64,000 bases of DNA, from positions 12,847,175 to 12,911,174 of the forward strand of contig MU056000.1 in the NCBI GenBank assembly GCA_013239625.1, written 5' to 3'. The DNA is from Lama guanicoe (Eukaryota). Positions 26,740-38,290 of this stretch are shown in pieces. How positions within the stretch are numbered: the stretch's first letter is position 1; every line of letters starts with the position of its first letter. A program made the position numbers and the translations under genes. The notes under the pieces were generated by a model. That model did not search any database and was not told where the DNA came from. It saw only the letters and a list, made by a program, of their open reading frames with translations.

Positions 26740-26891
26740 AGGGAAATATACTCAGTATTTTGTGGTAACCCATTATGAAAAAGAATATGAAAACAAATAT
26801 ATCAAATATATGTATATATGTATGACTGAAACATTATGCTGTAAACCAGAAATTGACATATTGTGAACCGATGATACTTCAATAAAAAAAA
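26740..26891 (+). mobile_element. Short L1 3' terminal fragment (camelid/artiodactyl type)
   Basis: gggaaatatactcagtat...gactgaaacattatgctgtaaaccagaaattgac...tacttcaataaaaaaa; same family as the 8987-9200 tail. Confidence 0.9.
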
Positions 26892-27594
26892 GTTACCCTA
26901 ATGCACTTCAAAAGAAAAGATCTCAGTTAAATCTTCTGGACTGTTGGATTTAAACAAAAGCTAAACAGAATAAATGTTTCACTGTAAACCCAGTAGCCCA
27001 GTAATAACATAGTGTATAATATCTCCTAGTTTTAAGTTAATTTGATGCTTTTATAATTCCATATCATTCTATATAACTTCAATTGAACAAAAATGGAAAT
27101 GGGTTATTTAGTGCATTCAGTAGTGACAAGAAATCACGTTTTATTCATTATCCTTGATTAGCTTTATGTGAAGTGTTCAGGCATAGGTCTCAAAACACCT
27201 CTTTTAGAAGTGTGGCTAATCTTTTTAGAAGAGGAAAGAAAACAATTTCCGTTTAGGCCATCAATCAATGAATAAGCAGCTTGGTTCCAATTGGAAAGCT
27301 GCTACTGCATTGTCAGATAGTAGCAGTTATTAACCAGCCCCTGAACAGCATATGTTATTTCCATTACTTTCATCTCTCCTGATGAGCAGATAAATGGATA
27401 GGAAAAAATGAGTTGACCAGAATAGATAGATCTGAAGATAATGTATTTGCAAGGCATCAAGGTGTAAATGAAATTCCTAACAGCTTCCACTGTGTCTGAA
27501 TGCAGTTTAGTAAAATTAAGCCAAAGGAACAGACTGGTTATGTGTGATGACAGGGCACAGAACATGTTCATCTTGGATTCAGGAAAGCTAACCA

Positions 27595-28330
27595 CAATAG
27601 ATAAAGGAAAACATAGATCCTAGCCTCTGGGAGCTAATGGCTATGAAACAGAGAAAGAAGGAGTCAACTGAACGTGTAAAGAGTACAGTACGCACAGAGA
27701 CAAAAGTAAACCCCGGAGGTTCTGAAGTATGTCAGCAAGGAATCTCACCCGTAACGTTAGGGCCAGGAAGACTTCTCGAATTGCGTTTCTAAGAATGAAT
27801 GTGAGTTGGAGGGAAGGGATAAAAGAAGTGTTTGGGATTAACAGGTACACACTACTGCATATAAAATAGATAAACAACAAGGTCCTACTGTACAGCACAG
27901 GGAACTATATTCAATATCTTGTAATAACCTATAATGGAAAAGGATCTGAAAAAGTATGTGTATGTATATATCTATATGAATCTAGATATATATCTGAATC
28001 ACTTTGCTGTATACCTGAAACTAACATCGTAAATCAATTATACTTCAATAAAAAATTAATTTACGATTTTTAGATGAATGGCAAGAAAATCATATTTTAT
28101 GTAGAACAAAGAGAAGGCCAAAATAAAGATCTGAAAAAGCAAGGCAGGAATGGAAACTAACTATGTTGTTTAACATGGCTGGTGTATCAGGTTTGGATAA
28201 TTACGAAGTAAGAAATGAGGTGGGATGTGTAGCGAGAGTTAAGAAGATTGACTTTTTTAGAGAAGGTTAGAGGAAGGGCAATAGCTAAAGGAGATTCAGA
28301 ACTGACAGTTATTTTATCAGGGTGAAGCAA
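27595..28330 (-). mobile_element. L2 fragment, interrupted by the L1 at 27802-28070
   Basis: agatcctagcctctgggagctaatggcta...ccaggaagacttctc, continuing after the L1. Confidence 0.5.
27802..28070 (+). mobile_element. L1 3' end (L1_Art-like)
   Basis: gggattaacaggtacacactactgcatataaaatagataaacaacaaggtcctactgtacagcacagggaactatattcaatatcttgtaataacctataatgg...tacttcaataaaaa. atgaatg occurs on both flanks. Confidence 0.92.
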
Positions 28331-28524
28331 CCTACATATAGGTTAAGGGGAAGCAATTCAATAGAAAAAGATGAAGTACACAAAGCTTTGCAAAGTTAGT
28401 TCTCAAAATGACTAGAGTCCTACCATTTAAGTCTCTGTATAGAATGTGAAGGGGTATTGAGTCTGTGGCTATGGGAGCAGGAAGTTGAAAAAGCTCTTGG
28501 CAAATTGTCTCTTTTACCCTACAA

Positions 28525-28735
28525 CTGTGGTTTCCAACCAGGGACAATTTTGCTTCCCCACTGAATGTGTAGCAATATTTGGAGATGTTTTTGGTTGTCA
28601 CAACTGGTGGGGTTGCTGGCACGTCATCTAATGGGTGGAGGCAGGGATGCTGCTAAACTTCTTATAACACACAGCAGAGCTGCCTGCTCCCCCACCCCCA
28701 ATCAAATATCAATAGAGTTGAAGTTGAGAACCCTG
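28525..28735. mobile_element. MER20 hAT-Charlie DNA transposon
   Basis: TIRs ctgtggtttccaac ... gttgagaaccctg. Body ggacaattttgc...tggagatgtttttggttgtcacaactgg...gggatgctgctaaac. Confidence 0.9.
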
Positions 28736-29329
28736 CTTTAGGAAGTAATAGATGATGTTATTTGTGGATTTAGGGGACGGAGGATTAGGTAGGAACTTCA
28801 AGAGACCAGACTAAATTTGGAATAGTGTTGAGTGGATGACAGAAGTGCTTAAAATGACTGAGGTGTGGGTCAAAACTCTAGTGTGTCTCAACTAATGGAA
28901 AAAAATTAAACTGAATCACAAAAGAGTAAGGGAGAAGATGAGTATTGAGCCATGGCACAGATGGTTTCAGTGTCTTATGTCTTTGAGGATATTAATGATT
29001 TGTTTAAAAATCTTTCTTCCCTGCATAGTCCCTGTTGTCTCATGGTCCATCACCCCTTTGTTAATTTTCTCATCTCCTTTTAATTTTAGAAGGATTTTCT
29101 TGGACAATTTGTAATTTTTGGTCTCTTATACTCATTTTAAAAGGCCTTCCTTAGATTGTTGTTAATTTGTTTTCTATTCATTTTCAATGGTGAAGAGCAC
29201 CATTCGAGAGTCAACTTCTTTAATCCCCTATATTAGGTAAACTATACTTAGTAATTCATTTTACTAGGTAAAATTGAAATGGATTAATGATATTTTTATA
29301 GAGGCTGACGTCAAGTGTAATAATACAGG

Positions 29330-29512
29330 AATTATATATACAACACACATAATATGTATTATATATATTATACACATGATATGTACACACATACACATAT
29401 AATATACAGCATACTATGTATACATGTATATCACATATGGTATCTATATAATATTATGATTTTTTTCACTAGTATATGTATAACATAAAAATATACGAAT
29501 GATACATATATT
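29330..29512. repeat. Low-complexity (TA/CA)-rich tract
   Basis: Read directly. Confidence 0.8.
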
Positions 29513-29864
29513 GTTTCAGTAGTAAAGCAAATTTTATTTTATTAGTAGCAAATTCCAAAGACTGGGTTTCATAATCTTTGAGAAAATCATTTATTGTTGT
29601 TTGGGCCATCTGATTTTCCCACCTCTTTTTTGACCAGTTTTGATCCTTAATAATCTTCTTCCTACCTCGCACCATTGTAAGTACATAATAGGATCACAGT
29701 AAATACTTGTTTATTTACTAACTAAATAGAAAAAGAACCCTCAATTAATTGACTAGAAGGAAATTACATCCTGTGATTGATGATACTGTAGTAATCTATA
29801 GGGAAATATGATAGGAAAAGATAGAGAATTAGATCATTAATAGTAATTAAAATAATAGTAAAAT

Positions 29865-30230
29865 ATAGTAAAATAATAATAGCTGCATGGAACTAACTAT
29901 ATGTCAATTACTGCTCCAAGTGCTTTACATATGTTAATACATTTAATCCTCCAACAGTTCAGTTTGAAAGTGATGTTATGTGATTTCCATGCTCACTTCA
30001 TTGGTCGGAAAAGGTCACCTGGTCATGACTGAGTTCAACAGGGTGGGAATGTTAAGTTCTTCCACTGAGAGGGGGACTGAAAAGAGAGGCATGGAATCAA
30101 GATGACTAGAAATGCAGTCTACCACAGCCTTTTCCTCTGCCTGAGGAAATTTGGGCACTATGGGGTTAAAGAACTTGTTCAAGGTTACACAGCTGGTAAG
30201 CTATTTGACCAGAATTCAAAAGTTTTGATT
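29865..30230 (-). mobile_element. MIR, split by an MLT1 fragment
   Basis: aagtgctttacatatgttaatacatttaatcctc before the insert; gaggaaatttgggcac...ggttaaagaacttgttcaaggttacacagctggtaag after it. Confidence 0.7.
29975..30126 (-). mobile_element. MLT1 (H/J-like) LTR fragment
   Basis: cattggtcggaaaaggtcacctggtcatg...gcagtctaccaca is a typical antisense MLT1 5' end. Confidence 0.6.
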
Positions 30231-31334
30231 GCCAAAGTGTATTACAGTTGCGCTGTGTGCCTCAGTCCTGCCAGAATGTGGTTAAATGCTTTGAGATTCC
30301 CTTGGCATTGAGAAAACATAAAGAATTAGGTTTCCCAACAGTATTTACAGAGAATCGATGTCTGTTAGAATTATGCTACATTAATAATGACATTCAGCAG
30401 TTTGTTTTGTTTCATTTCTCCCTCTTTTTGGCCATGTCACAGTCGTAACCTCCATCTTTACACTCACTTCTCATCTGCGTCTTCCTATGAAACCAAATGG
30501 GCAGGGTTATTTGGAGGTGGAAGTGGTTAGGAAAAGAATGGCAGTGTTTAATGAAACATAAGACACTGTGAGGTCACGGAAAAACAATGTATAATGTTTC
30601 TTAACTTTGCAAATAGATGACAATTTGGTTCCAATCACTGTGGTTTTAGTTCCTGAGATTGTTTTACATTGTTACACTTTCTAACTAAAGAGTTCAAGTG
30701 AATTCTGAAATTATTCATTTCTCTTTAATTACTATGAGATCTCATAATACCATTTAATTAGATAATCTTATACAATGCTTGAGGACAAAATCTTTTATGC
30801 ATACTTAATACTCAGAATAGCATTTGTGACATTTATATGGTTCTCTCTAGAGAATTTATTGTGTGTAGACATGATATAGATTATTCCTTTTTAATGGAAT
30901 AAATTTTATATGGATTTGGATAATTCTACCCTCTTCATAGGCATGGATTTATGCTTTAAGCATTAAGTATGTTCTTAAATATCCTTAAAATAATAATGTA
31001 GAAAAATAGTTTGTAAACTTAGGATTGCATATTATTTTGTTTGCTAAATGTTCTGGGTGCATAACAATTATAATATCATAAAACATGCCCATGGCAGAGC
31101 CTGGCGTTAACTGTTTAACCATTTTATTCCTGACATTTTGTTGACTGCATATGGCAGTGGGGTTGAAGGAAGGTGAAAACTGAGAAAAAGATTTTGAGGA
31201 GGCAAAATAGGAGATAAATGAGGGCTTATTAAGAATACTGTTCCTAGGATGTTAAAATCTATAAAATGCTGTAATATTTTACAGCAATTGAGACTGATCA
31301 AATTAAATATCTTCTTAAATATTGGCATCTGTAA

Positions 31335-31455
31335 TGTATATTCTTCCCCATTTGAATATAAACTTCCTGAGGATAGGAGCATATATTGTTATCACCCAGC
31401 ATACTTGGCATGAAGTGTATACACTATGTTATGTATTGGATATATAAATGAGTAT
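31335..31455 (+). mobile_element. L2 3' terminal fragment
   Basis: tttgaatataaacttcctgaggataggagc...cccagcatacttggcat. Confidence 0.55.
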
Positions 31456-32544
31456 ATCAAGAAAAATCACAAAATCCCTGTCATAAATAGAAATTATATT
31501 TAAATTACTATGGCATTATTTATTTATTTGCAATTAAGTATACATATTTATAATTTATTCATTATTTTATTAACGGTAAAGTGATATATTATTTTGAGAT
31601 AAAAATTATTATGAAAAGGCAATCATGCTTTAAAATGAATTTTAGGAGAAACAGTCATGGAATATGAAAGCTATTTTGAGCTACTTTTTCTTTTTATACT
31701 TGACTTTCCTGGTAATACCTTGATGGTTTTACAACTCACACTTGAGTAATAAATGCCCACTGTTTCTGGTTTCCGAAGATTAACAGCATTATAAGATCCT
31801 ATTAAACTTCCAGGCACTAGTTTGGATTTCCAATGTCACAAGAACGTCTAATTGGAGAACAGATCTGCCTGTCCTAAATATTTTCTTTTAAATGTAAGCT
31901 AATCTCACTTTGAGGCCATGTCTCATTTGTATTATTTTCACTGGAAATAGAGTCACCCAAGAACAAATTAAACTTATTCACATCAGGTTATTTTTCTGTT
32001 GTATTTACTGGGTTGCTTCAAAGTATTTAGTCCATTTGGCTAGATAAACATGCATTTTTATAATGAAAATTTAACATAGGACTATAAGGCTGAGTGTTAG
32101 GTGGACATAATTATTTAACCATAATACCTAAAAATATTTTTAAAATTGTAGCTGTAGAGTTTTCTTTTGTTTCTTTCTATGTGTACAGATATGAAGCTGA
32201 ATTTATTAACTATATACTTTTGTGTAATAATACGCATTTGAACAAGAACCAGTCCTTTTTTAAGAAGTGTATGATGTGCACTCTGTATGTTCAGAAGGGC
32301 GCTATGGTTCATTAAACCAAATAAATTAGGCTTTGTTTTGTGAATTATAATTTTTATAACATTATTTTTCTCATATCATCCTGTCAACAACCAGGGAAAT
32401 ATCAGTCGATGGAGAGAAAATTAAACCAAAGGCATGGAAAAATCTATTTGTGCAAAATTCCAATCACTTTGGGGGGAATGAGTAAATATAGGGGTATATT
32501 TGAAAAAATCCTTTAATCCAACTGCAAACATCAACATGAACCAA

Positions 32545-33310
32545 TAAGCAAAAGAATTACAACAAACTTAGTGGGTTAGAACACACACATTTGTTATTTC
32601 CCACTGTTTGTCCAGAGTCTGGAGTCCTGGTCTGACATGGCTGGATCCTCAGCTAAGGGTCTAACATGGCTGCAGTCAAGGAGTTAATTGGGTGGTGTTT
32701 ATATCTGTGTGCTCGACTGGGGAAGATTCTGCTTCCAGGCACACTCACGTTGTTGGCGACATTCATTCACTTGTGGTTTAAAACTGAGGGTCTTAGCTTT
32801 TGGATGAATGTTGACTGGAGGCCCCCTAAGCAAAATACTGACAGAAGGAAATAGACCTACAACCTTAATTTCTTTTTCAGATTCTATTCCATTACAGATT
32901 ATTACAGGGTACTGAATATAGTTCCCTGGGCTGTACTAGTAGTTCCTTACTGTTTATCTCTTTTATATACAGTAGTATGTATCTGTTAATTCCAAACACC
33001 TCATTTATCCCTTCCCCCCAACCCTCATTCATTCTTAAAAACTCAGTTCAAGAGTCTTCCTAGCCCAAATGTTATGGGTTAGGGTCATTGCTAACACACT
33101 TCAGAACTGCCTGGGTTTACTTTTGTCACTGTACATACCACACTAGAGGTTTACACAGCTCCTGGGTTCTGCACACAGCTCCCAGCCCCATGATTTTTCC
33201 CAGCATTGCCACTTGCTTCATCACATCAACATGGAGAGTCTTTAGAGTGAGTCTACTAGCAAGAAGGAGTCATATAATGTAACACAGTCATGGGAGGGAA
33301 ACTCCAAGAC
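32545..33310 (-). mobile_element. MLT1 (E/F-like) LTR, interrupted at ~32830-33142
   Basis: acaaacttagtgggtt...ctggatcctcagctaagggtct...ggggaagattctgcttccagg...actgagggtc, resuming at tagaggtttacacagctcc. Confidence 0.75.
32868..33020 (-). mobile_element. Internal fragment of an L1 3' UTR (L1_Art-like), no poly-A tail
   Basis: tctttttcagattc...tgaatatagttccctg...tgtttatct...tatatacagtagtatgtatctgttaattccaaac...tttatcccttcccc. Confidence 0.88.
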
Positions 33311-33479
33311 ATCCAGCGCAGTAGAGAAAATAAAGGTATTTTCACAAGGTGGTTACAATTCTCCCTCAGCTGTGCGTCTGGTTTCAGCAGAGATGGGCTC
33401 AAACTTGAATGAAAGAAAGAGGGCTCCAGAAGACATACCTAAGAAAAAAGACAGTTAATTAATGTGTTCAATATAGCAA

Positions 33480-33915
33480 ATAGGCAAAGCAAAAAAAAAA
33501 AAAAGACACAGCTATTAATTCCAGTAGTAACAAAATGCTGTACAAGAAAGAAAATGAATGCTAAATATTGATTTCACCAAAATTACAGCAAAATTATTTT
33601 GGATGCTGGACAGAGGAAATATTTTCATGTGATTATATGGTTGGAATAGGAAAAAGGATCTCTAAATCTTCATATTCTATATTAAGGAATCAGTAGGTTA
33701 ATATCTAAAACTTGAAGAAAAATAGAGTATAAGTACATTATTTAACAACCTGACACTAAACAGATGGAGTAATTAAAGAGCTGAAATCCATTGTCCACAG
33801 TGGGTGAACAGGAAGATGAATATATGAATGGCAAGGTCTACTGTTTTTTGTTATATTTTTCCTACTTTGATTTTTTATACTATGCAGTTGCATAATTATG
33901 ATGAAATAAAAATTA
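33480..33915 (+). mobile_element. Old L1ME/HAL1-like 3' end
   Basis: aaatattgatttcaccaaaatta...ctactgttttttgttata...tttgattttttatactatg...aaataaaaatt. Confidence 0.5.
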
Positions 33916-34229
33916 AGAATGAGGAGAATGAGCAGTTTAGCATTCATTTCATGTACTTTAATATTGTTTAAATTTTTCAAAAGCTATGTCTTAAATTTGT
34001 TATTAAAAGCAATAAATCTCTCTCCTTCCTCCAAAATGTATAAAGCTTTTTTTTTTTTTCCAGTGAACTCTGAAGAGACAGAGAATCTCCTTGAGGCCAA
34101 GACAGAATGGATGAAATACTAGACAGCGGGGAAGGGAGCTGGTATTCAGTTAAGAATACATTTCCCAAGCTGGACAATTTTTTTCCCAGTCTAAGAGTTA
34201 GAGTAGAAGAAAGGAGGAAGTGGGCAAAA

Positions 34230-34425
34230 AACTTCATTAATTGCCTACTGTGTGCTGGTCACTGCAGAGGTGTTGCCTGCATTTCTTCACTTGGTCCTCA
34301 CGATAACACTGAGACAGATATTGCTACCTACTCTTATAGAGGAGGGGCTGATGATGAGAAATTAAACAGATTGATCCAGCAAATCAGGCTCTGTAGTGTC
34401 AGAGCAAGAACTGAAACTCAAAAAA
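34230..34425 (-). mobile_element. MIR
   Basis: ttgcctactgtgtgctgg...ggtcctcacgataacactgagacag...gtgtcagagcaagaactgaaactca. Confidence 0.75.
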
Positions 34426-34649
34426 ACATCAGCTATAGATGACTCTAAAATGAAGCCTTGCTTAGCATCAATCCTTTGTGTGCAAAATATGCTTCGTTTA
34501 TGAAGTGAAGACCTTCATTGTGTTAATTCAATATGCCTTCTGCAATTTTGTTTACATTAATTCACTTGAACATGGACAACTCAAAGGTCAATTTCAGTTT
34601 TGCTCTTGTAAAATGTTCAAGCCCAGAATTTTATACCAATTTTCATCAA

Positions 34650-35530
34650 CTGATATATTCAAATAGTATAACAGCATTTTATTGAGTGAGTGTAGGTGGC
34701 TAATTTTCAAAAATTGCTAATGTAAGTATTGAGTTCTTATGTAACTTGTAGTAATTATATGGCAACTTGATTTATCTGTTATTCGATTAAATCATAACAC
34801 GTGATTTTCGCGATGTGTCAATATTTAATAGAATCATTAGCGTATGGTTGACATTTTGCTAAATCTTTGTTTATGACCTTCCTCATTATGAGTTTAAATA
34901 GATCTATTGCTGGCTTTGGTTTAGTATATCTATTTTTAAGAAGAGGGGTTTTGTTCTAACTAGTGTTCGTGAAGGAATTCATTTTTGAGGGGCATATTTA
35001 GGATTTGGGGGAGCAGTTTTAAAGAATCTCGGAAACAACTATGTTTACCTTTTGATGCTCTGATTTATTGCTGTGACAAGAACAAGTAGAGGTGTCAAAG
35101 AAGAACGGTGGTGTCGAAAAAAATCGTAAAGAGATTAACAGCTCAACACTGAAACAGTTCTATTCATTAGTCTGTTCACATCCCTGATGAGCAGTCTTGC
35201 TGACAAACAATGGGGGAGTGATCAGGGCGCTGGAGTGCTGATGCAAGCTCGGCTGTGTTTCCACCTGCCACGAGCAGGCAGAAGATCTCAGCAGATCGTG
35301 GCCTCTGCTCTTCCCAGAGGCCCCTGGTCTTTCATGCAGAGGATAAGAATGGCAACAAAATGCAGGGCTGTGCGTGTGCGTATGCATGCGTTTTCATTAG
35401 TAATTTTAACTTGCCAATTGGAAAATAAAAAATTTATGTGTTTGGTTGATTCTAGATCACAATCTCATCAGAGTTACGCTGGTGACATACACCTAAATCT
35501 TTTAGCATGGGTTTTAATGAAATGATGATT
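34650..35530. promoter_or_regulatory. Candidate conserved non-coding element / enhancer
   Basis: No recognisable repeat; about 18 CpGs counted in 34783-35478. TGATTTAT at 34768 and 35061, CACGTG at 34798, AACAATGG at 35206. Function is inferred only. Confidence 0.45.
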
Positions 35531-36413
35531 AAAAAAATACCAACATTTCTGACTATGAAAGATCAGCTTTTATGGGAAAATAGTATAAGATTAGATCCTC
35601 TATCTATTTGAATGTATACTTATTTTCCATAACAGTTACACTTCATGAGAGGACTTACAAATAAGTTGAGATGTGAAAGGTACAGATTTTTTTTTCCTCA
35701 AGCAGCGTGGCTCTGGCGTTCACTGAGGAAGGGGTGTGTGTGTGTGGCATACATGCATATATGAACGTGCAGAGAAGGCTTTCATGTGATTGAGCCTGAG
35801 GGAGTGCAGGTTTTGTACTAGGTCAGATTGATGCTCTCCCATATGGTCACTAACTAACCTGATAGACTCTCACCAGCCTGTGTTCCCATCTCCTGGGCTG
35901 GAGCTCATTTAACCAAAAGCATGATGAAGGCGACAAAGAGGGACCAGCTGAGCCGTAAAGCCTTTGTTTAGCCTAATAGATCAGGTTAGCGTTTTGCAGA
36001 TGTTGGGTTTCCAAATCGATAATCCTGTTGACGGCATCTCCCAGCAGTAGCTATTAGACAATGTAATTTGGAATTTAATTTGCTTCTTAGGTTAAAGCAA
36101 ACAAATCTCATTTGCAGTGTAAAATATCCAACATCATGAAAATAATGCCTTCTGTTTTGCTTTCTCACCCAAGGGCATGTTATAGAATAGAAGTCAAGGT
36201 TACTGTGACAGTCATCGCATTGCAGAGAACGCAGCGACAGACTACATTTTGAAAGCCTGTTTTTTTTCCACTTATTAGGTTGTCACAAGTGGTAACCATG
36301 CTAGCAGAGGTATTTGTAGCTTTGTATTGTGTTAGGAGAAATAGAATTCCCCGATATTACAGCTGCACTTCTGATTTGTCATTTATTGGGAATAAATAGA
36401 GGGTGGTATGCCC

Positions 36414-36427
36414 GTTGCCATGGAAAC
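36414..36427. promoter_or_regulatory. RFX X-box motif GTTGCCATGGAAAC
   Basis: 13/14 match to the palindrome GTTGCCATGGCAAC, in non-repeat DNA. Confidence 0.6.
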
Positions 36428-36666
36428 TAGTTCTACTTTGGAGCAGTGCAAGACCTTCAAGCGCGTTTGAAATTGCTTCCTTCTCGTTATGTCTCAGCAC
36501 TGGAGAAGGTGTAGTGTGCAATTAAATAGAAGTGAAGTTTTAATTAAAAAATTAAATTACGTTTTCTGGATGGTCCTTTGTGTACAATAAGCTTACGAGA
36601 GCTTTGCTGCTTGCAAAGCTGACCGGATGTGTATTTTGGAAAGAGAAAAGGATCATCTTCTTACTG

Positions 36667-36669
<3 letters not shown>

Positions 36670-36712
<43 letters not shown>

Positions 36713-36724
36713 CAGAGAGAGAGA
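36670..36724. repeat. (TG)~21 followed by (GA)n, compound microsatellite
   Basis: Read directly. Confidence 0.97.
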
Positions 36725-37264
36725 TTCATGATGATCTTACTCTTAGAAATTTGTTACAAAAATGCCAGTTCCATCTAGAACATTCTGGAAATCTTGGTAT
36801 GCAGGGTGATAAAAAGAAAAATATATATTTGGATTTGTTTGTAGGTTATAAATCAAGAGAGTTAAATATTATGCTGACACAAAAAATACATTTAATTGTT
36901 CAGATTTTTAAAGAGCATCTTTTAAGGAAAATTAGTGAAAATAAGAAAATGCTATATAGTCTGGCCCTGACATACTGTCATTTCAAAAACAAGACTATAT
37001 GCCCATGAGACAGCCAAAAGATGGGGAGTTTACATGACAGAAGCTAAAAGCAGGCTTATATTTTAAAAAGTGAAGTGTATTTTGCACGTAAAATGTGAGA
37101 TTCCTTAGCACCTGAAAATGAAAAAAAAGATGTTGAAATGTTTATTTAGTCTTATGTATCAGTTATATAAGTTGTCCCAGAAATAGAAATACAGATTATT
37201 CAGAGATGATCGGGGGATCATTTTACTTATAGCCAAATGTGAAAACCTCACCTTTCTACAGCTC

Positions 37265-37450
37265 TCTATGATACACAGGGCTTCCACACACATCACACAC
37301 ATTGTTTCAGGTGCTCTCTCAACAATTCTGAAGTAACAGTGTAGCAGCTTTTATCTCCATTTTATGTATAAGGGACTTGCTTAAAGTTGCTCAGGTATCT
37401 ATGGGACCCGGGAGTCAGTGTCTTCTGACTTCTAGTCTTAGGAACTTTCC
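37265..37450 (-). mobile_element. MIR
   Basis: ctctcaacaattctgaag...atctccattttatgtataagg...acttgcttaaagttgctcag...tcttctgacttctagtc. Confidence 0.7.
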
Positions 37451-38149
37451 CTTTTTAGAATGGTATGTCCTATCAGACTAAATTTACAAAACATACTGTT
37501 GTCTCTTGACTCCTTGAGGAAGGTATTACAAAATATTTAGGGATACAATTTAACTGCTTTTTGGACTTACAGAAAGTGTGTGCCGGAGTGTGATTTTAAA
37601 TCAAATTTTCTCATCTTCTAAGCATCCTACTGTATATATTTATTTATTTTATTTTTTTGGAGGTTTAAAGTGAGTTTTCTGGTTAATTCATATTGTTCAG
37701 CCCTATTGGCCATGATGCAGTTTTTATGTAATTGAAATATTCCTCCTGTAATGATACACAGGGTTGTTATTTTTGCACGGATGACATGTCGAGTTAAGTG
37801 GGTGTTATTTATGGTTAGCCATTGTCTGCTCAATCAATCCCTTACTGGCGATGAGCCCTTGTGGCAGTGGAGCTCCATCCTATAAAAAGGTTCTATGGAG
37901 AATTAGAAAAAGAGTTCTCTGTGATAGCAGGAGCTTCGTTGGTAGTGAGCAGCTGCTGGCCCAGCAGTCCTGGGACTCCATGAGGCTGCTATGAATATGT
38001 TCACAGCATGCTGAGGCTGGTTCCATGCTGCTACGATGCTGCATCGCCAAATCCTGTCTGCTGGAGAGGGCGGGCTTCATCCTACTTAATACAGAGCCTT
38101 TCTTAAAGGAGATATTTCACTTCTGTTAAATAAAAATTATGCCCTTCAG

Positions 38150-38290
38150 CTATATTCAGTATCTTGTAGTAACCTATAATGAAAAAGAATATGTAAAGAA
38201 ATAAATGTATATGTATGATTGAAACATTATGCTGTACACCAGAAACTGACACAAAGTTGTAAACTGACTATACTTCAATGAAAATAAAGA
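38150..38290 (+). mobile_element. Short L1 3' terminal fragment (camelid/artiodactyl type)
   Basis: ctatattcagtatcttgtagtaacctataatgaaaaagaat...gctgtacaccagaaactgacaca...gactatacttcaat. Confidence 0.9.

Noticed and set aside
30539..30572. TGGCAGTGT (miR-34/449-like 5' end) in a hairpin
   Set aside because: The stem is only ~12 bp with a 3-nt loop, and the rest does not match miR-34/449 precursors.
35187..35525. 112-aa ATG ORF inside the CpG-retaining block
   Set aside because: No recognisable homology or splice structure; length is within chance expectation. PhyloCSF or ribosome profiling would be needed to revive it.
36580..37008. Longest ORF in the window (142 aa)
   Set aside because: It has a non-ATG start, is held open partly by the (TG)n tract (CVCVCV), and shows no recognisable domain.
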